Shown piece after piece: positions 20,195-29,653 of a stretch of 64,000 nt of DNA; position 1 is the first letter of the stretch, and each line of letters begins with the position of its first letter. Made by a program: the position numbers and the translations under genes. The DNA is taken from IMG/VR virus record IMGVR_UViG_3300024308_000016, positions 186,001 through 250,000 of that record. The stretch is one strand, 5' to 3'. The notes under the pieces were generated by a model. That model searched no databases, was not told the DNA's origin, and saw only the letters and a list, made by a program, of their open reading frames with translations.

Positions 20195-21754
20195 ATGGCT
20201 ACAGCTCCGGTAACCTATCCTCTTGACCTGACGGGCAACAATCCCGCTAATCTGGTCAAGAACGAACTGCAAGTGTTGTCGCTGCCCAACGACACACCGT
20301 ATCGCTTTTTCGCTCCGACTTTCGCACCATTTTATCTCACGGATAACATGTCCATCACGGGCCTGGATCAAACCGGGGTGCGTATCGAGCTCAAGCAAGG
20401 CATCGACTACTACCCTTCGCTGATCTTCCAAGCAGCAACGTGGAGCACGGGTCGCCTGGTGTATGCTGGTATCACCATCATGAACACCAAGATCAATGGT
20501 CCGTTCTACATGACGTACCAGTGTTTGGGTGGCAAGTATTCGGCCAACCGAAACTTCGTGATGGAGCAGATCGCGGAGTACAACTACAACCCACGCACTC
20601 ATAGCTGGGACCAGATCACCAACATCCAGGAGCAGTTTCCTCCCACTGACCATCCCCAGGACATCGACACGTTCACAGGTTTCCGGGATCTTCTCGACGG
20701 CGTGTATTCCATCCGTGATGTGCTGGGTCTGCGGCCAGGGCCCAACAACATCATCTGGAAACACGTCCTGGATCTCCAAGATCCCCATGAGACGCTGCGT
20801 CTGATCCCGGCGATCGGGGACTTCGCGACCAAGAAAGATGTGGCTGATGCCATCATCAACCACGTCGCTCAGCCTGATCCTCACAGTCAGTACCTTCTGA
20901 AGGACGACTACGTGCCAGGTGGTGGTGGAGGTGAAGTAGACTGCGACAAGTGCATCAAGAAGCACACCGATGAACCCGATCCTCACCCTCAGTATCTGAC
21001 CAAGGCAGAAGCGGCCGCTACCTACCTGACCCCCGCACAGGCGGAGGCCACGTTCCTCACCGAAGACCAGGTCAAGGACCTGATCGGCAATGGCGGCAAG
21101 CCGGCAACGGACTCTACTCCCGGCATCATCAAGATCGCCACTCCGGAGGAGATGAAGGACAAGAACAACAACTCGGTGGCCGTTACCCCCAAGGGCGTCA
21201 ATGACCTGATCGACGAAAAGCTCACTGGTCAGGATCCTTTGCCGCAGTATCTGACCGAGCAAAAGGGCAATGCGCTGTACTACCCCCGGTCGGAGGCTGA
21301 CGCCACGTTCATGAAGAAGGGGGAGATCGACGCCAAGTTCTTGACCAAGACTGATGCTGATGCGAAGTTCTTGTCCAAAACAGAAGCCGATCAGAAGTAC
21401 CTCACTCCCCAGACAGCCGATCAGCGGTACATGAACCAAGAAAAGGGAGATGCCCGCTACGCGCTCAAGGGTGATCTGGGCAACTTCCTGACCAAGGAGC
21501 AGGCCGAGTCGCTGTACGGTCCCAACGGCACTAACAAGCCCGTCATCCCGGATGCCTCCATGACTGTCAAGGGTATCACTCGTTACGCCACTGAGCTGGA
21601 GACCCGCAACGGAACCATCAGTACTGCGGCAGTGACGCCTAACAATCTGAAGGTTGCCGCTCAGGAAATCGTGGATACAGCAGTGGCCAACATTGGTATT
21701 GCTGACACCACATTTGGCTCTCCGGCTCTCCGTTTGTTCTACGCGATCTACTGA
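20195..21754 (+). CDS. Tail fibre / virion structural protein with DPHxQYL and YLTxxxADxxY repeats
   Basis: N-terminal YPLDLTGNNPANLV anchor motif; His-containing fibre repeats; GAAGGAAG RBS. Confidence 0.75.
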   Translation: MATAPVTYPLDLTGNNPANLVKNELQVLSLPNDTPYRFFAPTFAPFYLTDNMSITGLDQTGVRIELKQGIDYYPSLIFQAATWSTGRLVYAGITIMNTKINGPFYMTYQCLGGKYSANRNFVMEQIAEYNYNPRTHSWDQITNIQEQFPPTDHPQDIDTFTGFRDLLDGVYSIRDVLGLRPGPNNIIWKHVLDLQDPHETLRLIPAIGDFATKKDVADAIINHVAQPDPHSQYLLKDDYVPGGGGGEVDCDKCIKKHTDEPDPHPQYLTKAEAAATYLTPAQAEATFLTEDQVKDLIGNGGKPATDSTPGIIKIATPEEMKDKNNNSVAVTPKGVNDLIDEKLTGQDPLPQYLTEQKGNALYYPRSEADATFMKKGEIDAKFLTKTDADAKFLSKTEADQKYLTPQTADQRYMNQEKGDARYALKGDLGNFLTKEQAESLYGPNGTNKPVIPDASMTVKGITRYATELETRNGTISTAAVTPNNLKVAAQEIVDTAVANIGIADTTFGSPALRLFYAIY

Positions 21755-21755
21755 T

Positions 21756-22466
21756 ATGGCATACAGTATCTGCAAAGCAGGACACGTCGCGGGGTCTATC
21801 GATCCCGTGCTCGTATACACTACCCCCAACCGCCATATGGCGATGGTGACAGTTCGGCTGCTGCCGATCTACCCTCTGGGTAGTGGGCAGACCGTGACAG
21901 CTGATGTCTATATCCGTACGGCCGGCGGTGCTGACGACATGCCGGTGGCCCTGGGTCTGCAAGTGGTTCCTGGTGTACCGTACGAGCTTAAGGCAGTGTA
22001 TATCCACGGCAACCAGACGCTGGTCATCAAGCCGTATGGTAACATGGATTGGTGCGTCGATGGATATGGTGACGCTTCCCCTACTTCGGAGGACCTTCCT
22101 CAAGGCCGGATGTTCAGCGTCTCTGGCTGGAAGACTTCGAGCAGCCCGTTCATCTTGCTGGATATCCCCGATGCCCGCAAACGCCTGACCAATGCCGTGG
22201 AGGCAGACTTCTTCATCAACGGACAAGTCAGCCAAGACGTACGTATCGATGTGAAGGTCTCCAATAGCATCATCGACACGGACACCGCTTTCAACAGCGC
22301 CATCAACACTGCGTGGCTGTTCACCACAATGCTCAAGCCCGGCGTGCCGACTCGGATTTTCCGAAAGATCACGTTTAGCTATCGGTACATCGCACTGAAG
22401 GTTTACAGTGATGCAGAAGTCAGCGCATTCGTTCAATACAACCTCAGGGACCACAATTTGCTATGA
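21756..22466 (+). CDS. Putative tail-tip/fibre accessory beta-sandwich protein 1
   Basis: ATG right after the fibre stop; beta-rich; appears internally duplicated. Confidence 0.6.
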   Translation: MAYSICKAGHVAGSIDPVLVYTTPNRHMAMVTVRLLPIYPLGSGQTVTADVYIRTAGGADDMPVALGLQVVPGVPYELKAVYIHGNQTLVIKPYGNMDWCVDGYGDASPTSEDLPQGRMFSVSGWKTSSSPFILLDIPDARKRLTNAVEADFFINGQVSQDVRIDVKVSNSIIDTDTAFNSAINTAWLFTTMLKPGVPTRIFRKITFSYRYIALKVYSDAEVSAFVQYNLRDHNLL

Positions 22467-23143
22467 GTGTCAACTTCATTAATGAGACCGGCTATATTCT
22501 GGCAGCCAATACTGCACCCGGGGCCGCGATCTACATGAACCAGTACCCTAGTACGACAGTAGTGGTGGATATAACCATTACGCCAATAGGGGCAAACACT
22601 ATCCCGTTAAAGGTGACTATCCAAATATCGGGCCAGATTTTCGAGCTCATTCCAATTCGCCAACCCGATGAAACATATCGCTTGCAAGGCATCATTGTTC
22701 GATACCTGGAGATAATCAGGGCTATCGGTAATCCTTTTACCTTCAAGGTGACCGGTCTTCAGGAGACCAATGTGCTGCCTGCCGGAATGGATAGCATCGC
22801 TACAGCCAATGCACTGCGAGAAGACCATTATGATCGCCCGCTTGGTTGGACGGAAACCGTTGCGTTGCCTTCCGCCAAATGGGGCTCGTGCATGGATGTG
22901 TGGATAACACCATTTACCGGATCTTCTTCCGTCGCCAAGCGGTTTACATTGTCAGTCCAATACCCTACTGGCGGCACCTACAAGGAGTATCGACCGTTTG
23001 ATGTTCTTCCAATTACGGCACCGATGGTGTTCAGGAAACTGACCATTCCACCTGGGTCAACAGTTAAGGGTACCCTATATGGGAACATCGCAGTGTATTA
23101 CCAATGGGCTTGGCAGCGTATTGGTCCAACTCCGGATCTGTAA
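22463..23143 (+). CDS. Putative tail-tip/fibre accessory beta-sandwich protein 2 (AT-richer)
   Basis: ATGA overlap upstream and TAATG overlap downstream; beta-rich. Confidence 0.6.
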   Translation: MSVNFINETGYILAANTAPGAAIYMNQYPSTTVVVDITITPIGANTIPLKVTIQISGQIFELIPIRQPDETYRLQGIIVRYLEIIRAIGNPFTFKVTGLQETNVLPAGMDSIATANALREDHYDRPLGWTETVALPSAKWGSCMDVWITPFTGSSSVAKRFTLSVQYPTGGTYKEYRPFDVLPITAPMVFRKLTIPPGSTVKGTLYGNIAVYYQWAWQRIGPTPDL

Positions 23144-23817
23144 TGTCATACAACATCGCTAGCGGCGATCTCGCCTCCTCCTACCAAAAGACCGTCTATG
23201 GAACCACCTGGAACGACTCTCGGGTCTACCAGGTGTGCTCCGTGAAGGTTACCGCCTACGGCACTGAGCCGTTGGTCTTCACCCTGGGCACCAAGTTCGT
23301 TGAAGGCTCCGCCAACAACGACATCCAATACCGGATGCTCGCACGCAGGATCACCATCCAGCCAGGCGAGAGCTACGAGCTCGACTGCATTCCCACGTAC
23401 TACAATCAGCAAGTGTATGTACGTCAGCTGTCGGGCAATGGGATCGCGTACATCTACGCCACGCCCTATGTCCCCAAAACCAATGCGCCTGTGCGCTTCA
23501 TCGGCACCACGTCTTACCAGACTGGCGCCGGTGGTCAGGCCATCTACTATATGCAGCCTGCTCAAGGGCACTACTGCATCATGGACATCTTCGTGGGCGC
23601 CATCAGCGGCTCCCCGACGGTGAATATCATCACAGGTGCGACTGCCCCGTCAAACCTGCAAAACCCGGATTACATCATCCGCGGCGGCAAGGTGCTGGAC
23701 TCTGAACCCTATATCTACCGCAAAGCCATGATGAAGCCATCCACCTACATGGTCGTTCAGGTTTCTAATGGCGTCGTCGATGTCACGATGCTGGGACTCG
23801 GTGTCTCGAACACATAA
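23143..23817 (+). CDS. Putative tail-tip/fibre accessory beta-sandwich protein 3
   Basis: TAATG overlap start (MSYNIASGDL); same pattern as the two preceding ORFs. Confidence 0.6.
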   Translation: MSYNIASGDLASSYQKTVYGTTWNDSRVYQVCSVKVTAYGTEPLVFTLGTKFVEGSANNDIQYRMLARRITIQPGESYELDCIPTYYNQQVYVRQLSGNGIAYIYATPYVPKTNAPVRFIGTTSYQTGAGGQAIYYMQPAQGHYCIMDIFVGAISGSPTVNIITGATAPSNLQNPDYIIRGGKVLDSEPYIYRKAMMKPSTYMVVQVSNGVVDVTMLGLGVSNT

Positions 23818-23823
23818 CCACAT

Positions 23824-23857
23824 CTCCCTGGAGCTCCCTTGCGGGGGCTCCAGGGAG
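23824..23857. terminator. Bidirectional hairpin terminator
   Basis: CTCCCTGGAGCTCCC-TTGC-GGGGGCTCCAGGGAG between convergent genes. Confidence 0.75.
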
Positions 23858-23867
23858 GTATGACGTG

Positions 23868-24674
23868 TTAGTGAGGACCGTGGCCTCCGGGAAAGTGGGC
23901 ATAGCCGCTGACTTGCAGGCTGCCTCGGATCTGTACGTTGCCACTGAAGATGGAGCTGGGAGCTTCAACATAAAAGCCCTTGGGTCCCGTGATCTTGGGG
24001 TGACCATCCCGGGTCTCAAACCGACCTCCCGATGCATCGGTGAGCGAAACGTTGTTGTTGGCGCTGTCGAGCTCGATGATGTTTCCGACGTTGTCCTTGA
24101 TGATGACTTTGTTCTCACCTGGGAAGATGTTGAACTCGTACATGAACTGCTCGCCGTCGCTTTGCGTGGTCACAAACTTGATGCTTTTGGCATTCATCGT
24201 ATCCCAGCGCATGTAGTAGGAACTGTCAAGGTCCCATGGAGTCAGCGTCGGGTCTCTCAGGTTTCCGATTCCCCAGATCACATCCTCCAGTCTTCGAAGC
24301 ATGGGTTCCCGAAACTGTGTATTCCAGTACAGTTGTTCAGAGTCAGCGTACTTGTAGATCATCACCGTCTCATTGGCCCGCACATCTGGGGAACTCATGA
24401 GGTGATTGTCGCCCATGGGGATCCAGATGGCTTCGACGATGGCGCGGGCGTCGGCCTTCACCGAAGTAGGCACTCCTTGCGCGTTGATGGGCTGCAGGTC
24501 ATATTCCACCTTGGACTCATCAACCATCCCGCTTTGCATAGTCACCCGCTCGACTGGGTAGACACGGATGGTGTCGCTGCCTTCTTCTTTGTCTGCGGTG
24601 ACGATCCCAATACTATACTCCCGAAGTCCGGACTGGAACTCATCGAGCAGTGTTCTAAATTGTGGCTGTTCCAT
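23868..24674 (-). CDS. Baseplate central spike/needle protein (phiKZ gp164-like)
   Basis: OB-fold-like N-terminus (IGIVTADK...PDVRANETV), beta-helix-like repeats, His-rich tip HFPGGHGPH. Confidence 0.65.
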   Translation of the reverse strand: MEQPQFRTLLDEFQSGLREYSIGIVTADKEEGSDTIRVYPVERVTMQSGMVDESKVEYDLQPINAQGVPTSVKADARAIVEAIWIPMGDNHLMSSPDVRANETVMIYKYADSEQLYWNTQFREPMLRRLEDVIWGIGNLRDPTLTPWDLDSSYYMRWDTMNAKSIKFVTTQSDGEQFMYEFNIFPGENKVIIKDNVGNIIELDSANNNVSLTDASGGRFETRDGHPKITGPKGFYVEAPSSIFSGNVQIRGSLQVSGYAHFPGGHGPH

Positions 24675-24732
24675 AGATCCATTCCTTTTTGATACGTTGG
24701 ATTCATGTTATGTATACTCCAGAAAGCCGGCT

Positions 24733-27234
24733 ATGCATCACGAACAATTGGTCATGAAGAAGAACAAACGAATGAAGTTGAGGGACATCGACTCATTCGT
24801 GCTTAACCCAGTAGCTAGGCTGCAGATGATCCTGGGCTCCAATGGCTCGGGCAAGAGTACAGTGCTCGAAGCGCTGTCTCTGCAACCCGCATTACCTGCC
24901 CACTATGACAGGGGGGGCTTACAGTCTCATATCGTCACTCACCGAGGCTCCAGGTACGAGCTGGTGTATGATTTCACTGGCCAAAAGAACCACTACTCCA
25001 TTACCAAGGACGACGAGGTCGTGTATTCGGGCCATGTCTCCTCAGCGTGTGCGCAATATGTGGCTGAGCATTTAGGTTTGAGCCGAGAAGTGCATGAAGT
25101 ATGCATTGGGCGCCGCCGCTTTACCAAGATGAGCACAGCGGACCGACGTGCTTGGTTCACCAAGCTGTCCCCCATCGACTACTCGTATGCGATTGGCTAC
25201 TACAAACGCCTGAGCGACGCGTATCGGGACTTGGAAGGCACAGTCACTCGTCTGAGTGATCGACTGCTCAAGGAAAAGGACAAGCAGATCGACGATATAC
25301 GAGCCGATCAGATCCGCGAAGAGATCAAACGCTTGAGAGTATCCAAAGACGAGATGCTCAAACAATGGTCTCCTGTCAATATGACGATGGACGAGGCTCT
25401 CGCCCAGGTCGATGATGTCGATCGCAGGCTCACCCAACTGCACGATGACTACATGCGGTCCCTGAGTGTGTTCTCTGACCGTGGGGACTTTAAAAGCATC
25501 GACGATGTCCGTAAATTGGACTCCGACATCCGGGGCAAAGTCGCATTCCATCAAGCCTCCATCGACAAGCTATACAACCAGGTGGAGGAAAACCGCGCAC
25601 TGATTGCTAAGAGCCAGTTCATCGCTTCCCAGGACATGGCGGAAGTGGACGAGAAGATCCGTACCTGCAATGAAGCCGTCCAGAAAGCGGAACACGGTGT
25701 GCAGATCCGAGGGTATGCAGACAATGCATACGCCCTCAATGCGCTGGTGGGTATCTGGCATGAATTGATCAAGACACTGGGCCGTATAGAACCAGATCCG
25801 TACGGCAACATCACTGATCAGGCCATCGCAACTACAACCGATGCCATCAACCAAACCCGCATCCAGATCCAAAACGTTCAATGGGGCGTCAACAAGTTGC
25901 GCGACGATCTCCATAAATGGGAGCACCGTACCGAGGACGATGTAGTCAACTGTCCAAAGTGTCGACACAGCTTCACTCCTGGAATGGACGAGGCTATGGC
26001 CGATGAGACCCGGAGGAAACTGGCTCTGCAGCTGGAGAGCCTGGACAAGAACACAACTATGCTCCGGGAGATGGAGGTGGACTTGCAACACAAGAGCGAG
26101 CAGCGGGCTTTACACAAGTATCTGTTTGCTATGATCCAGGGCACACACTCAGCACTGGAGCCTTTGTGGAACACCCTGATGGATGATAACCTCCTGAAGG
26201 GCAATCCCGGCAAAGCCATGATGCTACTAGAGATCGCTCGTACCGATCTTCAGTACCTCATCGAAGCTGACAAGGCCCGCCAGACGCTCACAGGTCTGTA
26301 CGAGCTGAGAGAGATGAGCCAAAAGACGGCAGGTGTAAACTTGCAAGAGCTCCAGCACAAGAATGCACTTTTGGAGCGTGAGCTCTACGACCACCAGCTC
26401 AAAAGCCAGACTTATTCCCGAAGACTCGATATCTTGGCTGTGATCCAAAAGGAATGGACGCTCCAGGAGAACACATTCGAGGCCCTGGATAAGCTCAAAG
26501 TCACTCGGGACTACGCCATCCTCCAGGCGGAGGAAGCTAATAAGAAGATCGTCATCAACTCCATCATGGCGCACTTGGATCAGGAGATCCTCGCTCAGGA
26601 AAAGGCCATCAGTCAGATCGATTCCCACAAAGCTGTGGTTCAAGCTTTGGAGACGGATATCGAAGAGTACAAGAGAAAGGCGAGGCTGCTCAAGAAGTCC
26701 ATGGATGCTCTATCTCCGGCCAAGGGACTGATCGCCAAGGGACTGACCGGCTTCATCAACCACTTTGTTGAGCAGATGAATGCAGTGATCGCCAAGGTCT
26801 GGCTCTACCCTCTGCGGATCTGTCCGGTAAAGATCGACGATACCGAAGGCACGGTGGATTTGAAGTACAACTTCACCTACACCTATGACGACAACCCCGG
26901 GGCAGATGACGTCAAGGACGCCTCAGGTGCTCAAAAGGAGATCTTCGATCTGGCTTTCATGTTGGTGTCGATGAAGCATCTGGGGATGGACGACTATCCG
27001 ATCTTCCTCGACGAGTTCTCCGTGAACATGGACTACGCTCACCGCAAGGAGGCGATGAAGCTGGTGCTCGATCTCCTGAACAGCTCCAACTTCTCTCAGA
27101 TCTTCATGGTCTCGCACTATGAAGGCAGCTATGGCTCGCTGCACAATGCCGACATCACGGTGCTGTGCCCCGAGAACATCGAGATGCCAGCAGGCATGGA
27201 GTACAACGTCAACTCCAACATCGAGTACGCATAA
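24733..27234 (+). CDS. sbcC: SbcC/Rad50-like SMC ATPase
   Basis: Walker A GSNGSGKS, coiled coils, CPKC zinc hook, signature ASGAQKE, Walker B IFLDE, VSH. Confidence 0.9.
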   Translation: MHHEQLVMKKNKRMKLRDIDSFVLNPVARLQMILGSNGSGKSTVLEALSLQPALPAHYDRGGLQSHIVTHRGSRYELVYDFTGQKNHYSITKDDEVVYSGHVSSACAQYVAEHLGLSREVHEVCIGRRRFTKMSTADRRAWFTKLSPIDYSYAIGYYKRLSDAYRDLEGTVTRLSDRLLKEKDKQIDDIRADQIREEIKRLRVSKDEMLKQWSPVNMTMDEALAQVDDVDRRLTQLHDDYMRSLSVFSDRGDFKSIDDVRKLDSDIRGKVAFHQASIDKLYNQVEENRALIAKSQFIASQDMAEVDEKIRTCNEAVQKAEHGVQIRGYADNAYALNALVGIWHELIKTLGRIEPDPYGNITDQAIATTTDAINQTRIQIQNVQWGVNKLRDDLHKWEHRTEDDVVNCPKCRHSFTPGMDEAMADETRRKLALQLESLDKNTTMLREMEVDLQHKSEQRALHKYLFAMIQGTHSALEPLWNTLMDDNLLKGNPGKAMMLLEIARTDLQYLIEADKARQTLTGLYELREMSQKTAGVNLQELQHKNALLERELYDHQLKSQTYSRRLDILAVIQKEWTLQENTFEALDKLKVTRDYAILQAEEANKKIVINSIMAHLDQEILAQEKAISQIDSHKAVVQALETDIEEYKRKARLLKKSMDALSPAKGLIAKGLTGFINHFVEQMNAVIAKVWLYPLRICPVKIDDTEGTVDLKYNFTYTYDDNPGADDVKDASGAQKEIFDLAFMLVSMKHLGMDDYPIFLDEFSVNMDYAHRKEAMKLVLDLLNSSNFSQIFMVSHYEGSYGSLHNADITVLCPENIEMPAGMEYNVNSNIEYA

Positions 27235-27242
27235 GACCCCAT

Positions 27243-27268
27243 CCTCAGGAGCCTTGCGGCTCCTGAGG
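27243..27268. terminator. Bidirectional hairpin terminator
   Basis: CCTCAGGAGCC-TTGC-GGCTCCTGAGG between convergent genes. Confidence 0.75.
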
Positions 27269-27286
27269 TGAGTGCTTATGTCCGTG

Positions 27287-27910
27287 CTACGGAGTGAGGT
27301 TCTGGATGATGTAGTCCTCCAGCTGCCGGATCTTGCCCTGTGCGTCGAGCAGATCGTTTTGCAGCCTGGATACCTGGGACGCAAACGTGGTGTCTGAGCC
27401 GATCACCACCTTGCGGCTGGCTTGCTCGGTCAGGTGCTTGTTCACATCCACCATCTGTACAGCAGTGGTCTCCACCATCTCGTGCGTGGCATCTACTCCT
27501 GCCTGGCTCTTGATCACTTCCTTCATGGAGTTGACCAAGAAGTCCAAGTTCTGCTGCACAGGCATGGGCGGCAGCTTCATGAAGACGCCGACGCCATGGT
27601 AGGGGACGCCATCTTGGATGGGATAGCCTTCCACGTAACTGACCGGCACCTGGATACGGTAGCCCCGGGTAGTAACCAGGACTGCGATTTCCAAGTTGCG
27701 AGCCAGATCTGTCTCGTACTCGCTTTTTTGCAGACCAGCGGGCTCGTAGATCTCCGCCCACGGGTCTTGGTTCTCAGCGATGTACTCCGACAGTTTGCGA
27801 AGTGCGATACACTCGCAGCGCTCCCGAGGTAGTGTGGTAAAGGGGGTTTTCAGCTGAAAGACCCCCGTCACTCCGGGAGACGGCGCCATGAATTGCAGTT
27901 GTACACTCAT
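27287..27910 (-). CDS. Conserved hypothetical, probable virion protein (207 aa)
   Basis: P.PGVTGVFQLKTPF N-terminus; C-terminal coiled coil; co-oriented with the upstream structural gene. Confidence 0.65.
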   Translation of the reverse strand: MSVQLQFMAPSPGVTGVFQLKTPFTTLPRERCECIALRKLSEYIAENQDPWAEIYEPAGLQKSEYETDLARNLEIAVLVTTRGYRIQVPVSYVEGYPIQDGVPYHGVGVFMKLPPMPVQQNLDFLVNSMKEVIKSQAGVDATHEMVETTAVQMVDVNKHLTEQASRKVVIGSDTTFASQVSRLQNDLLDAQGKIRQLEDYIIQNLTP

Positions 27911-27916
27911 AGCTGC

Positions 27917-29227
27917 TTACTTGTTGTAGAAGGGGTTGGAGCGAGCGGCCATCAGGTACGATGCCGACGCATGCGTGGCTGTGATGAACAGCTTGCCACC
28001 GCGGTTGATCTTGCGGATGCCCTGAGGCACGACACTCATGTTGGTGACCTTCTCCGCCTCGATGGTCATCCACAGCATGAACTGTACCCATTCCTGGGTC
28101 TCGGGCTTCATGCGCTGGAAGTCCGGAGATGTAGAAGGCACATCGATGAAGTCCGGATACAGGGTCTTCAGATCCTTCATGCCGGGCTGGTTGTTTTCCC
28201 CGTTCACGCTCAGCAGCGTCACCGACTTGTACGTCATGGGGAAGACGTTCAGATTGGCGCGCACATGGTTGGCGTTCATGAAATTGGTCAGCGTCACTGC
28301 GAAGTTCATGGACTCCTGGACATTGCTCATTGGCGAGTACAGGCCACTGAGCGTAGTCATGTTGGGGACCGAATGCAGATCCCAGCGTGGGTAAATCACG
28401 AATTCGGTACGCTTGAACAGGTCCGGGAACCAGGGTTCGAGCTCATGCTCCGGCGCTCCCGTGGATTCGACCAAGTCCTTGATCACTGCGTCCTTGATGG
28501 CGTCGGTGTTGTCACCGGCGGCTCCATAGATCAAGATACCCCAGTTGGTGGTGATCCGCTGGTCGGGATTGAACTTGTTGACGTAGTCAGTCTCGAAGAT
28601 CGTGAAGACCGTCTCGGGCTTCAGGTTCTTGGCGGTCTGTGCCTCCAGCACAATGTCAGTGACGCTCTTTTTGTTGAGCTCATTGACGGCGAGCTGCCAG
28701 TCGCGCAGGAAGATCCGAGGATCTGGCACCGGACGGATGATCTTGTGATGATACTCCGGATACTCGGTGAGAAACACATCGTTGCTCATCCAGATCTTGA
28801 AGTTGCTCAGATCTTCAAGCTTGGAGGTGAAGCTGAACCAGCTGGGAAGAGCGATGCCGGCGCCGTCGACCAAATCACCGAACTGAAGATCCTCGATCTC
28901 AGCGTAGTACTCAGCGGCAATGGCTGCGAGGAAATCCTGTGGGTTCGTCACCCCCAAGTGTGCCAGCGCATACTCATGGATGGACCGGATCACCCGAAGG
29001 CCCTGATTGCTTTCGATGGTCGACAGCATCACTTCTTGGTTGCTGTTGGCATCTCGGCTGCTCATGGAGATCAGACGGTAGCCGGAGATCGAAGGATCCC
29101 AGTACTCGCCCTTCTCCATACTGTAGGTCTCACCCCACGTCGACAGCTCACCCACCGGGGAGTTGATCCCGGGGGTATTGATCAGCAAATCTGCGATCGT
29201 CGAAAAGCCTAGTATTTTCTTACGCAC
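27917..29227 (-). CDS. Virion structural protein (phiKZ gp157-like)
   Basis: SPVGELSTWGETYS and FPDLFKRTEFVIYPRW motifs; GGAG RBS before GTG. Confidence 0.65.
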   Translation of the reverse strand: MRKKILGFSTIADLLINTPGINSPVGELSTWGETYSMEKGEYWDPSISGYRLISMSSRDANSNQEVMLSTIESNQGLRVIRSIHEYALAHLGVTNPQDFLAAIAAEYYAEIEDLQFGDLVDGAGIALPSWFSFTSKLEDLSNFKIWMSNDVFLTEYPEYHHKIIRPVPDPRIFLRDWQLAVNELNKKSVTDIVLEAQTAKNLKPETVFTIFETDYVNKFNPDQRITTNWGILIYGAAGDNTDAIKDAVIKDLVESTGAPEHELEPWFPDLFKRTEFVIYPRWDLHSVPNMTTLSGLYSPMSNVQESMNFAVTLTNFMNANHVRANLNVFPMTYKSVTLLSVNGENNQPGMKDLKTLYPDFIDVPSTSPDFQRMKPETQEWVQFMLWMTIEAEKVTNMSVVPQGIRKINRGGKLFITATHASASYLMAARSNPFYNK

Positions 29228-29269
29228 GCTAGGTACTCCTATTTAAGTATATTCCCTACGGAGGTAACG

Positions 29270-29653
29270 ATGGGATTGTTAAAGATTCTGATGTCCATCA
29301 TCCGGGACACATTAAGCATCCGAACCGGGGAGCTGAGGCTCCAAAGCAAGACGTTCAATGCCAAGAAGCTCTTTGCATTGACGCTGATGATAGTGCTGAG
29401 TGTCTCATGTGTGATGCTGAGCAAAAAGCTCATCAAGACCACGAACTTGCTACGCAAAGAGCGCGCAGAACACGCCAAAATGGTCCAGGATTGCGAGTCA
29501 AAAAACAAGACATCCAAGTCATCTGATAGCGGGAATGGCCTTAGGCCTACGTCGACTTGGATCTACCAAGACGGCAGCACGAATTACTCCGGATGCCGGG
29601 CAGATGAGTGCGCATTTCTCAATCAGCAGTCCGTTTACGGAGAAACACATTGA
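29270..29653 (+). CDS. Small membrane protein (single TM)
   Basis: GGAGG RBS; one hydrophobic helix; stop overlaps the RNase H start. Confidence 0.6.
   Translation: MGLLKILMSIIRDTLSIRTGELRLQSKTFNAKKLFALTLMIVLSVSCVMLSKKLIKTTNLLRKERAEHAKMVQDCESKNKTSKSSDSGNGLRPTSTWIYQDGSTNYSGCRADECAFLNQQSVYGETH

Noticed and set aside
18833-21829. 998-aa minus-strand ORF
   Set aside because: The first ~570 codons are the antisense shadow of the tail-fibre gene; only 18833-20119 looks like real protein
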